From an uncultured Acidimicrobiia bacterium (GTDB taxonomy: Bacteria > Actinomycetota > Acidimicrobiia > IMCC26256 > JAENVU01): a stretch of 64,000 bases of DNA. The translations under genes and the position numbers were made by a program. Positions within the stretch are counted from its first letter, which is position 1, and each line of letters begins with the position of its first letter. Below, piece after piece: positions 38,760 through 48,948 of this stretch. The notes under the pieces were generated by a model. It searched no databases, was not told the DNA's origin, and worked only from the letters and a program-made list of their open reading frames with translations. The DNA is taken from positions 451,647 to 515,646 of the forward strand of contig CAWFYL010000003.1 in assembly GCA_963820025.1 (NCBI GenBank), written 5' to 3'.

Positions 38760-40157
38760 CTACTTCATGTTCGAGATGCTCTGGCCCACGTCCTGGAGGG
38801 TCACGCCCTTCCCGTAGTCGCCCTTGAGCGTGTACACGTTCTTCGGGCTGCAGTTGAAGATCCCGTCGTTCGGCTTCGTGTCGGTGACCAGCTTGAAGCC
38901 GCTCGGAGTCGCCTGCTCGAGCGCGTAGCAGTCGCTCGACGTGCCGGCGCCGGGATCGGTCATGGCGTGGAGGCCGCCGCCGGTCCAGGACGTGACCTTC
39001 TTGGCGTTGTCGTACATGCAGGTCCGCGTGAGGTCGTTGCCACACGCCTTCGCGGTCTTGGCGAAGAGCAGCCAGGCCGACCAGGCCTGCAGGCCGAGGT
39101 AGGTGTTGCTCTTCCCACCCGGCTTGTACTGCTTGAACGCCTCGAGGTACTGCCCGGTGGCGTTGGACTTGTTGGCCTTCTCGAACGGGTAGAAGGAGCT
39201 CTGCACGAAGACGTTGTCGTCCGACAATGCGTCCTGCGCGATCGAGATCAGCTTCTGGTCGTAGTGGTTCGCGTCCGTCCGGATGAAGTCGAGCTTGTAC
39301 CCGATGTTCCTCAGCGACTTCATCAGCGCGGCCAGGTTCTCCGGCTCCCCGACCCAGATCAGGCCCTTCACCCCTGCGCTCTTGAGTCCCTGGGTGTACG
39401 GAGTCCAGTCGGCCGCGCCCGTGGCCGGGTACTGGTCGTTGTAGACGATCTTCCAACCGGCTGCCTTCGCCGCTTCCGCGTCCTGGTCGGCGACGATCTT
39501 CGTGGTCGAGAGGTCGCCGGTGAGCACCCCGAGGTGGTCCTTGGCGCCCGGGAACTTCTTCGCCATGTAGTTCATCGCGCCGGTTCCGAGGCTCTTGATC
39601 GAGTTCGGCAGGGGTTGGACCACGAGGTCCGCGCCGCGCGCCTGCGGGCTGACGACGTAGCCGGCGATGTCCGGGAGCAGGCACTTGAGTCGGGTCTCGA
39701 CGCCGTCCTGGTCGAAGACCGACCCGCCGCCGACCATGGCGAAGTCCTCCGCGCAGGCCTCGGTCATGCGGGCCTTGGTCTCGGTGAGGGCGGAGTCCCG
39801 CTTGTCGACGACGATCTTGCGCCCGTTGATGCCGCCGCGGTCGTTGCACCACGAGGAGAAGACGTCAGCGGTGTCGAAGAACTCCTGGTCGAGGCCCGGC
39901 CGACCGGAGAAGCCCGGGTCGGCGAAGGTCGCGATCTTGATCTCGGTCGGGGTGACGCCCTGGGTCGGCGAGCCCGACGGCTTCCCGGGCTGGCAGACGT
40001 CGGTAAGGTCCCCGAAGTTGGCGCTCTTGGCGGCGGTGTCCGCGCCGCTGGTGCTGGTGGTGCTGTTGGTGCCGGAGCTCGAGCTGTCGCTGCGGCTGCA
40101 GGCTGCCGCGACCAGCGCCAGGACGAGCACCAACGCGAACCAGCGGAATCGCCTCAC
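38760..40157 (-). CDS. ABC substrate-binding lipoprotein (Leu/Ile/Val-binding fold)
   Basis: Lipobox LVAAAC, QGVTPTEIKI and GGINGRKI. Confidence 0.85.
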   Translation of the reverse strand: MRRFRWFALVLVLALVAAACSRSDSSSSGTNSTTSTSGADTAAKSANFGDLTDVCQPGKPSGSPTQGVTPTEIKIATFADPGFSGRPGLDQEFFDTADVFSSWCNDRGGINGRKIVVDKRDSALTETKARMTEACAEDFAMVGGGSVFDQDGVETRLKCLLPDIAGYVVSPQARGADLVVQPLPNSIKSLGTGAMNYMAKKFPGAKDHLGVLTGDLSTTKIVADQDAEAAKAAGWKIVYNDQYPATGAADWTPYTQGLKSAGVKGLIWVGEPENLAALMKSLRNIGYKLDFIRTDANHYDQKLISIAQDALSDDNVFVQSSFYPFEKANKSNATGQYLEAFKQYKPGGKSNTYLGLQAWSAWLLFAKTAKACGNDLTRTCMYDNAKKVTSWTGGGLHAMTDPGAGTSSDCYALEQATPSGFKLVTDTKPNDGIFNCSPKNVYTLKGDYGKGVTLQDVGQSISNMK

Positions 40158-40188
40158 AGTCCCCCCTCGGGCCAAGGCCGTTCGTGCG

Positions 40189-40209
40189 CATCTGACGCCC
40201 CGTCAGATG
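40189..40209. promoter_or_regulatory. Palindromic operator candidate upstream of the ABC importer operon
   Basis: CATCTGACG-CCC-CGTCAGATG, perfect 9-bp arms, about 30 bp upstream of the start. Confidence 0.6.
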
Positions 40210-40234
40210 TCGAGACAATGCCCCGTCGCGCGAC

Positions 40235-43200
40235 CTAGTGCAAGCCACCTCCCGTCGCGACGCTCGCGCCGGGCGCGGTATCGGACGACGCCGCCCAGAG
40301 GTGCGCGTAGTGGCCACCGAGCGCCAGGAGGGACTCATGGGATCCGTCCTCGACGACCCGACCGTCGTCGACGACGAGGATGCGGTCGGCGAGGCGCGCG
40401 AGTCTGCAGGCGATGGGCGATGAGGATCGTCGTACGGCCGCGGGAGGCGATCTGCATGGCCTCGGTGACGCGCGCCTCGGTCGCGAGGTCGAGGTTCGAC
40501 GTCGCCTCGTCGAGCAGGAGGATCGCCGGGTCGACGAGGTGGGCACGCGCCAGCGCGATCAGCTGGCGCTGACCAGACGAGAGCGAGCGCCCTCGCTCGC
40601 TGACGAACGTGAGGTACCCGGCGGGCAGCGCCGCGACGAAGTCGTGGGCGCTGACCGCTCGCGCGGCCGCCTCGACCTCGGCGTCGGTCGCGTCCGCCCG
40701 CCCGAACGCGATGTTGTCCCGGATGCTGCCCGAGAACAGGTACGCCTCTTGCGGGACGATCCCCAGGTGGCGGTGGTAGGCCACCGCGTCGAACCGGTCG
40801 ACCGGCACCCCGTCCACCAGCACCGCGCCGGACCCGACGTCGTAGAAGCGGGCGACGAGCTTGAGCACCGTGGACTTCCCGGCGCCGGTCTCACCCACGA
40901 GCGCGACCGACTGGCCCGCAGGGATCTCGAACGACACGCCCCGCAACGCGTCCGACACCGTCTGGGGGTAGCGGAAGACGACGTCGTCGAAGCGCACGTC
41001 GCCGCGGAGCTGCGCCGGCTGCACCGAGGCCGCGGGCGGCGGCACCGACGATTCGAGCGAGAGCAGCTCGTCGATGCGGTCGAGCGAGACCCGCGCCTGC
41101 TGGTACGAGTCGAAGGTCTGGCTCAGCTGCTGGATCGGGTCGAAGAAGAGGTCGACGTAGAGCAGGAACGCGATCAGCGTGCCGGTCTGCAACGCGTTGT
41201 CGCGCAGCAGCACGCTTCCGACGCCGAGCACGAGCGCCGCCGCGAGCTCCGAGAGCATCTCGACGAACGGGAAGTACATCGCGACGAGTCGTTGGGCACC
41301 GAGCCGAGCGTCCAGGTAGCCGCGGGCAACGGTCTCGAACTCGGCCTGGTTCGTGCCCTCCCGGACGTACGCCTGCGAGACGCGGACCCCGGACAGACCC
41401 TCCTGGAGGTTCGCGTTGACCGCGGCGATGTTGTCCCGGGCCCGGTCGTAGGCCCGGCTCGAGTTCCGCTGGAACCACACGGTCGCCGCGATCAGTGGCG
41501 GCATCACGACCGCGGTGGCCAGGGCGAGCTGCCAGTTCATGAACACGAGCGCGATAGCGATGCCCACGAGCGTGACGAGGTTCACCAGCGCCGTGACGAG
41601 ACCGGTCTGCAGGAATTGGCTCAACGAGTCGATGTCGGTCGTCATCCGGGTCATGACTCGGCCCGCCATCTCGCGTTCGAAGTAGTCGATGCCGAGGCGC
41701 TGGAGGTGGGCGAAGAGCTTGACCCGGAGCGCGAACAGCATCCGCTCGGACGTGCGGCCCATCACGCGGGTCTGGGTCCACATCACCCACCAGTCGCCTA
41801 GCGTGATGACGAGGAACGCGACGGACGCGGCCCAGAGTGCCGCGTGCGCGTCCTTCGCCACGCCCTCGTTGATGCCGAAGCGGATCAGCCACGGCCCGGC
41901 GAGCGTGGCCAGGCCGTCGAGCGTGACGAGGACGAGACCCGCGGCGAGCGGGAGCCGGAACGGGCGGAGGAACCGGCGGAACGAGAACGGCCGCTCGACG
42001 CGAGTCTGCTCGTCGAGGTCGACATCCGGCTCGTCCAGCGCCGGCGGCAGTTGCGCCACCTTCTCGAGCAGCTCGGGCGTGGCGGTCAGTGCCGGGCCCA
42101 TCCCGCCGAAGCCGCGCCCCATCCCGCCGCCCATGCCGCCCCGGCCGGGTCCGGCCGGCGCGCCGGCGGTCGGGGTCGCGATGCCGGCCGGCGCCGCTTG
42201 CGCCTGGGCGGGCCACGCGGCCGGTGTGATGCCGTCGGCGTTGGGCCGGGCCGCGGTCACCAGCTCGTCGGGCACGTCCACCGCGTCGAGGTCGATCCCT
42301 TCGGCGTCGTCGCCCGGCCCGGCGAGCAGGTCGCGGTACACGCGGCACCGCGCGAGCAGGTCCAGGTGGGAGCCCTCGTCGACCACGTGACCCTGGTCCA
42401 CCACGACGATGCGGTCGGCGAGCTCCAGCGTCGAGCGGCGGTGGGCGATGAGGATCGTGGTGCGTCCGACGAGGAGGCGCCGCAGGGTGCGGTGGATCTC
42501 GGCCTCGACCCGAGCGTCGACCGCGGAGGTCGCGTCGTCGAGCAGCAGGATGCGCGGGTCGCTCAGCAGGGCCCGGGCCAGCGCGATCCGCTGGCGCTGA
42601 CCCCCTGAGAGCGTCAGCCCCTGCTCGCCGACCACGGTGTCGTACCCGTCGGGGAGACCGGTGACGAAGTCGTGGGCCTCGACGGCGCGCGCCGCGGCCT
42701 CGACGTCGGCGTCGCTCGCGTCGGGCCGGGCGAAGGCGATGTTGTTGTGAATCGTGTCGGAGAACAGGAAGGAGTCCTCGAAGACGACGCCGATCTGTTC
42801 GCGCAACGACGCGAGGGTCACGTCGCGGACGTCGACGTCGTCGATCCGCACCGAACCGTCGTGCACGTCGTAGAAGCGGGGGAGCAGCAGGCCGACGGTG
42901 GACTTCCCCGAGCCGGACGTGCCGACGAGGGCCACGGTCTCGCCGGGCGCGACCGTGAGCGAGAAGTCGCGCAGGACGGGCTCGGCCCTGAGGTAGCCGA
43001 AGCTCACCCCGTCGAAGGTGACCTCGCCGCGGGTGGGCGTGAGCACCGAGGCGTCGGGCTTCTCCTGCACGAGCGGCGTGCTGTCCAGCAGCTCGAAGAT
43101 GCGTTCGGCGCCGGCGCGCGCGAGCTGGGCGATCGTGAGCATGCTGGCGAACATCCGCACCGGCGCGACGAGCGAGAGCATGTAGGTGGAGAAGGCGAGG

Positions 43201-44132
43201 AAGACGCCGAGGCTGATGTCGCCCTGGATCGCGAGCCACCCGCCGAGCGCGAGCACCGCGACCATGCCGAAGGCCGGGATCGTCTGGAGCAGCGACTGCA
43301 GCCGGGCGGTGATCCGGACGAGCCGGAGCCGCGAGCCGAAGAGCGCGTCCGAGCGATCGGTCAGCTGCTCGAGCTGGCGTTGCTCCTGCCCGAAGCCCTT
43401 GACGATCCGCACGCCGGTCACGGACTCCTCGACGACGGTCGCGACCTCGCCGGCCAGCTGCTGCGCGTCCCAGCTCGCCGCGAAGATGCCCCGGCGCAGC
43501 CGCAGCGTCGTCCAGAGGAGCGCGGGCGTGACGAGGAGCATCACCAGGGTGAGCGGTGGGGAGAGGATCAGCATGATCCCGAGCGAGATGACGAACATCA
43601 GGATGTTGCCGATCACGATCGGCAGGAACTGCAGCAGACCCTGGATCAGCATGATGTCCGAGCCGGCGCGGCTCACCAGCTGGCCCGTCTGCATCTCGTC
43701 GTGGCTCGCGAAGTCGAGGCGTTGGAGCTGGCGGAAGATCGCGGTGCGCAGGTCGTGCTGGACCGCGAGCGCGATCCGGCCGCCTCGGAACCGGCGGACA
43801 TAGGCGAGCGCAAACCGCGAGATCCCGAAGATCACGAGCAGGAGCAGCCAGGGCCAGAGCGGGCGGCTCGGGTCGCTGATCACGTCGTCGACGATGATCT
43901 TCTGGATGAGCGGAGCGAATGCGGCGATGGCGGTGCCGAGGATGGCAACGCTGAACGCCGCGATCGCGTCCCGCTTGTGCGGCTTGACCCACTGGATCAG
44001 GCGCCGTATCCAACCCGCCTGTCCCGCTCTCGGCCCTTCGGGCCGGGCCGCTTGGGCCACGCTTCGCTCGTCGTTGGGCCGCGAGCGTGGGGTGTCCCCG
44101 CTGCGGTCTTGCTTGCCGGCCTGTTCGGTCAT
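40235..44132 (-). CDS. Fused four-domain ABC exporter (TMD-NBD-TMD-NBD, Rv0194-like); frameshift near 40400
   Basis: Two TM blocks, GTSGSGKST / GETGAGKST and LSGGQRQ / LSSGQRQ. Confidence 0.88.
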
Positions 44133-44548
44133 GAGGTGCGGGTCCGGAAGCGCTCGCGCAGGACGGCGTGCATCTCGTCGAGGCCCTGCACGAACGCGGC
44201 CCGATCCTCGATCGCGACGACGAGCGGCTCGAGGCGCTCGGCCATCGCGGCCTCCGCGGCCGCGAGCGCCTTCGTCCCCTGCTTGGTCATGGTGAGCCGG
44301 ACGGCCCGGCGGTCACCGTCGACCGGTTCCCGGGCGAGGTAGTCCCGCTCGACCAGGCCGTCGACCACCGCGCTCACGCTCGGCTTCGTGACCGCGAGCC
44401 GCCCCGCGAGGAGCGAGGCCCGCTCGTCGCCGGCCGAGACCATGGCCAGGATCCGGTACTGGGCGAGCGTCAGGTCGCCGGCCGCCCGCTCGAGCACGCG
44501 GCCCAGCAGGGCCAGCGTCCGGGCCACGCGCTGCAGGTCGTCGTCCAT
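44129..44548 (-). CDS. MarR family regulator
   Basis: LTLAQYRIL, wHTH and DGDRR..L..T..G; overlaps the exporter start. Confidence 0.88.
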   Translation of the reverse strand: MDDDLQRVARTLALLGRVLERAAGDLTLAQYRILAMVSAGDERASLLAGRLAVTKPSVSAVVDGLVERDYLAREPVDGDRRAVRLTMTKQGTKALAAAEAAMAERLEPLVVAIEDRAAFVQGLDEMHAVLRERFRTRTS

Positions 44549-44671
44549 TTGGTGAGCCTCTCGAATGGTAAGGGTCCCAAACTACCCGCGATCGGGCCCG
44601 CCGCGTCGGTGACTCAGGTCACCCACGGTTCGAGTCGATGGTCTGGCATCGAGACGGGACCCACGTTGACC

Positions 44672-46168
44672 ATGCCCGCAGCCGAGGATCGATCCCAATC
44701 GAGGCTGACCGAGAGCGCGACGGCGCTGAGCGCGCGTCGCGCGCGTCGGCGCGCGTTCCTCGCCGTCTTCGCGACGGTGCCGCTCGCCGGGGTCGGGATC
44801 TGGTGGTTCCGCGCCGAGGGATGGGTCGCCGACACGCCGTTCTGGGTGCTCGCGCTCCTGCTCCTCGCCACCGCGGCGTGCAACCTGGCGTCGATCGTGT
44901 GGCTGCGGGGTGCGCCGAACGAGGCGATGCGGATCGAGGTGCGGCTCGGCGTGTCGACGCTGGCGACCACCGCGGTGATCTATGCGATCGGCTGGGGACC
45001 GATGCTCATCGTCGCCTACGGCGTCGGGTTCGCCGTGGTGCTGCAGGAAGCCGGCTCCACGAGCTGGCGCTCGGGCTTCGCGTGGAGCGTCATCGGGGTG
45101 TTCCTGGGGCAGGCCGCGATCCAGCTCGGCTGGGCGCCGACGCTCATCGACACCGGCTTGTCGAACGCGGTCGCGATCGGTGGTCTGGTCTGCTTCGGTG
45201 TGGTCGCACGCGTCCTCGGGGTCAAGGCCGCGGCGGCCGAGGATGCGGAGGATGCGCTGCGAGACCGCGGCGAGCAGTTCTTGTCCTTGTTGGAGCACGC
45301 GGTCGATGTCATCGCGGTCGTCGCGCGCGACGGGCACATGGTGTTCGCGAGCCCGGCGGTGCAGACCCTGCTCGGGTACGCGCCGGAGGAGGTCGTCGCG
45401 AGCTCGATCGGCACGATCGTGGGCCCCGGTGAGATCGAGCGGCTGCTGCACCTCGTCGACAGCCTGGCCGATCACCCCGGCCGCTCGCAGACGATCGACC
45501 TCCTCGCGCTCCGGCACCGCGACGGCTCGACCCGCTGGGTTGCGGCGACGCTCACCAACCCACCGGGCCAGTGGGGCGACGCCGTCGTGATCAACATGCA
45601 CGACGTCACCAAGCAGCGCGAGCTCGAGGAGCAGCTCCGCCACGATGCGCTGCACGACCCGCTCACCGGTCTGTGGAACCGACCCGCGTTCGCGCAGTAC
45701 GCGGAGAAGGCCTGTGCTCGCGCGTCGCGCGACGGGTCGACGCTCGCCCTCCTGTTCCTGGACCTCGACGGGTTCAAGCAGGTCAACGACACCCTCGGGC
45801 ACGGACTGGGCGACGAGGTGCTGATCGAGGTCGCGAAACGCCTTCGTGGGTGCATCCGCGGCAGTGAGGTGCTCGCCCGGCTCGGCGGCGACGAGTTCAC
45901 CGTGCTCATCGACCGCGTCTCCGGCGCTCGCGACGCGATCGAGATCGCGGACCGCATCCACGCGTCCCTGACCCGGGCGATCGATGGCCCCGAGGGCCCC
46001 GTGTGGCTCGGTGCGAGCGTGGGGATCGCGCTGAGCGAGCAGGGACGGCTCACCTCGGCGGAGCTGCTGCGCGAGGCGGACCACGCGATGTACACGGCGA
46101 AGCGGTCGGGCCGCTCGGGCTGGAAGCTCGCCGACCCGGGCGGCACCACCACCCCCGTCCCGCGGTAG
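44672..46168 (+). CDS. Membrane-bound PAS + GGDEF diguanylate cyclase
   Basis: TM region, PAS, HDPLTGLWNR, DLDGFK.VND and GGDEF. Confidence 0.9.
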   Translation: MPAAEDRSQSRLTESATALSARRARRRAFLAVFATVPLAGVGIWWFRAEGWVADTPFWVLALLLLATAACNLASIVWLRGAPNEAMRIEVRLGVSTLATTAVIYAIGWGPMLIVAYGVGFAVVLQEAGSTSWRSGFAWSVIGVFLGQAAIQLGWAPTLIDTGLSNAVAIGGLVCFGVVARVLGVKAAAAEDAEDALRDRGEQFLSLLEHAVDVIAVVARDGHMVFASPAVQTLLGYAPEEVVASSIGTIVGPGEIERLLHLVDSLADHPGRSQTIDLLALRHRDGSTRWVAATLTNPPGQWGDAVVINMHDVTKQRELEEQLRHDALHDPLTGLWNRPAFAQYAEKACARASRDGSTLALLFLDLDGFKQVNDTLGHGLGDEVLIEVAKRLRGCIRGSEVLARLGGDEFTVLIDRVSGARDAIEIADRIHASLTRAIDGPEGPVWLGASVGIALSEQGRLTSAELLREADHAMYTAKRSGRSGWKLADPGGTTTPVPR

Positions 46169-46234
46169 GGATCCGGCCGGGCACCGGCCCGGTCCACGCC
46201 GCGGTCACCGCACGGAGCACTAGCGTCGGGCCGA

Positions 46235-47491
46235 GTGGACGACATCGAGATCCCCGGGGGCTCGGGCGCGCAGCTGGCCGCGCGGGGCCGCGACGCCACG
46301 GCGATCCTGGACGACCTCGCGCAGCGCCAGGCGCGGGAACCGGACGTGCACGGGAACCGACTGTTCGGGCTCGTGTACCCGACCGCACGCGACGACCTCG
46401 AAGCGCTGCTCGAGGAGGTCAACCGGCGCTACCTCTTCGGCAACGCGCTGAACCCGTTCAAGTTCCAGGAGCTCGCGGCGCTCCAGGACGACGTGGTCTC
46501 GATCACCCGTGGGTTGCTGCACCACGGCGAGCGCGGCGGCGGGACCATGACGTCCGGCGGCACCGAGTCGATCCTGATGTCGATGCTCGTGAATCGGGAG
46601 CGCGCCCGCCTCCGCGGCGTGGAACGGCCCGAGATCCTCGCGCCGGTGTCGGCTCACCCGGCCTACTCGAAGGCCGCGCACTACTTCGGCATGGACGTCG
46701 TGCGTGTCCCGCTCGACGGCGACTCCCGAGCGGACCTGGCCGCCGCGTCGTCGCTGATCGGTCCCTCGACCGCCGTCGTCGTCGCGTCCGCGTTCTCCTA
46801 CCCCTACGGGATCATGGATCCGGTCGAGGGGCTCGCCGCGCTCGCGGCCGAGCACGGCGTCGGGTGCCACGTCGACGCGTGCATCGGCGGGTTCGTGCTG
46901 CCGTTCCTGGAGCGGCTCGGCCATGACGTGCCGCCGTGGGACTTCCGGGTCGAGGGCGTCACCGAGATCTCGGCCGACGTGCACAAGTACGGCTACTGCC
47001 CGAAGGGCGCCTCCGTGATCCTCCACCGGGACGACGACTGGTTCGGCCACCAGGTGTTCCTTTACGACGACTGGGGCTCGGGCCTCTACGGGTCACCGGG
47101 AATCGCGGGTGCGCGCCCGGCGGCGCCGATCGCGACCGCGTGGGCCGCGCTCACGTACCTCGGTGAGCAGGGCTACGTCGACATCATGCGCGACCTCATG
47201 GCGACGACCACGCGGGTACGGGACGGTGTGGAAGCCATCGGCGGGATCGAGATCGTGGGTGACCCGATCGGTCCGGTGCTCGCGCTGCGGTCGGACGTCG
47301 TGGACCTGTACGCCGTCGGTGACGTGATGGACGACAAGGGTTGGAACCTGAATCGCAACACCGAGCCCCCCGGGCTCCACCTCATGCTCTCGCCGGCCCA
47401 CGGAGCGGTCGCCGACCAGCTCGTCGCCGATCTCGGAGACGCCGTCGCCCACCACGGCGACTCCCGCGGGGTGGAGGCCCGCTACGCATGA
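46235..47491 (+). CDS. Second sphingosine-1-phosphate-lyase-like PLP enzyme
   Basis: TSGGTESI, AHPAYSK, HVDACIGG and SADVHKYGYCPKG. Confidence 0.8.
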   Translation: MDDIEIPGGSGAQLAARGRDATAILDDLAQRQAREPDVHGNRLFGLVYPTARDDLEALLEEVNRRYLFGNALNPFKFQELAALQDDVVSITRGLLHHGERGGGTMTSGGTESILMSMLVNRERARLRGVERPEILAPVSAHPAYSKAAHYFGMDVVRVPLDGDSRADLAAASSLIGPSTAVVVASAFSYPYGIMDPVEGLAALAAEHGVGCHVDACIGGFVLPFLERLGHDVPPWDFRVEGVTEISADVHKYGYCPKGASVILHRDDDWFGHQVFLYDDWGSGLYGSPGIAGARPAAPIATAWAALTYLGEQGYVDIMRDLMATTTRVRDGVEAIGGIEIVGDPIGPVLALRSDVVDLYAVGDVMDDKGWNLNRNTEPPGLHLMLSPAHGAVADQLVADLGDAVAHHGDSRGVEARYA

Positions 47492-47994
47492 GTTTGACGC
47501 CCGACGACCTGATGGAGATCGAGCTGATCAAGCGGGTGAAGTACGCGTACTTCCGGAACCTGGACCTGAAGCAGTGGGACGACATCCGCGAGCTGTTCAC
47601 CGACGACGCCTCCGCGTCGTACGGCGGCGGCGCGTACGCGTTCGAGGGCCGCGACGCGATCGTGGAGTTCTTCCGCAAGGCGATGGGCCGTGAGAACTTC
47701 CTCTCGAGTCACAAGGCCCACCACCCCGAGATCGACCTCACCGGCCCGGACACCGCCAGTGGGGTCTGGGCGCTCGAGGACATCGTCATCGACCTCCAAT
47801 GGGAGCTCGACATCCACGGTGCCGCGTTCTACGAGGACGACTACCGCAAGGTCGACGGCGCATGGAAGATCGCCCGGACGACGTACAAGCGCGTGTTCGA
47901 GGAGATCTCGTCGCGTGCCGGACGACCCGGGCTCCAGGTGACGGCGTCGTACTGGGAGACGGGTGGCCGCAGCTCGCTCCCCGGACCGGAGTAG
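47488..47994 (+). CDS. SnoaL/NTF2-like protein (BaiE-like)
   Basis: IKRVKYAYFR.LD, HHPEID and Y.D.Y.K.DG.WKI; ATGA overlap. Confidence 0.85.
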   Translation: MSLTPDDLMEIELIKRVKYAYFRNLDLKQWDDIRELFTDDASASYGGGAYAFEGRDAIVEFFRKAMGRENFLSSHKAHHPEIDLTGPDTASGVWALEDIVIDLQWELDIHGAAFYEDDYRKVDGAWKIARTTYKRVFEEISSRAGRPGLQVTASYWETGGRSSLPGPE

Positions 47995-48026
47995 GAGCAC
48001 CCGTGGGGGAGTGGCCCGAGCTCACA

Positions 48027-48935
48027 ATGGCCGACGAGGGTCGGCACGCGGTCGGCCGCGAGGATCTGTGGGGCGAGTCCTGGTACCTGGACTGGGCTGC
48101 GCCCGACGCGTCCTACGGCGGGTACGTCCGTCTCGGCCTGTACCCGAACCTCGGGCGCTCGTGGTGGTGGATCGCGCTCGTCGGACGTGATCGCCCGCTC
48201 GTGCTCGTCGTGGACCACGAGCTGCCGTGCCCGGCGGGCGACGCGGCGCTGGCCCCGGCCGCCGGCACCACCCGCGTCGAGCTCTCGGTTCCCGTCCCGT
48301 GGAAGCGGTTCCGGGTCGTGAGCGACGCGGTGGGCGTCGAGCTGGCCGACCCGGCGCATGCGTTCCACGCACTCGACGGCCCCGAGGTGCCCGTAAGGCT
48401 CGACCTCGAGTGGGCGAGCCGTTCAGAGGTGTTCCCGTACGCGATGACGACGCGCTACGAGATCTCGTCGTGGGTCACCGGCACGGTGACGGTCGGCGAC
48501 GACACGATGGTCGTCGACTGCGCGGGCCAGCGCGACCACTCGTGGGGCGTGCGGGACTGGTGGCAGTTCCCCTGGAACTGGACATCCGGTTCCTTCGACG
48601 ACGGTTCCTTCGTCCACGCAGCCCGGTCGATCATCCCCGGCCTCGACCTGTTCGCGACCGGGTACACGGTCGACCCGGACGGTGTGCTCACCGCGGCCGA
48701 GGTCGTCGAGAACGAGGTGGACATCGACGCGGAGAAGCTGCCCACCGCGGCCCGCCAGCAGATCGGGCCGGTGACGTTCACGACCGAGCCGGTCGGGCAC
48801 GCGCCGATCCTGCTCGTCGCACCGGACGGGCGCGAGTCGCGCTTTCCGCGCGCGATGTGCCGCTACGCGACGAGCGACGGGCGCGCCGGCACCGGGTGGA
48901 CCGAGTACAACTGGCCGCCCGGCTTCCCCACCTGA
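48027..48935 (+). CDS. Hypothetical beta-barrel protein (tocopherol-cyclase/AttH-like appearance)
   Basis: ESWYLDW and GQRDHSWGVRDW; aromatic-rich beta strands. Confidence 0.65.
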   Translation: MADEGRHAVGREDLWGESWYLDWAAPDASYGGYVRLGLYPNLGRSWWWIALVGRDRPLVLVVDHELPCPAGDAALAPAAGTTRVELSVPVPWKRFRVVSDAVGVELADPAHAFHALDGPEVPVRLDLEWASRSEVFPYAMTTRYEISSWVTGTVTVGDDTMVVDCAGQRDHSWGVRDWWQFPWNWTSGSFDDGSFVHAARSIIPGLDLFATGYTVDPDGVLTAAEVVENEVDIDAEKLPTAARQQIGPVTFTTEPVGHAPILLVAPDGRESRFPRAMCRYATSDGRAGTGWTEYNWPPGFPT

Positions 48936-48948
48936 GCGCGGGTGACGA

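Noticed and set aside
44627-44636. tRNA T-loop-like GGTTCGAGTC
   Set aside because: No T-stem pairing or cloverleaf around it.
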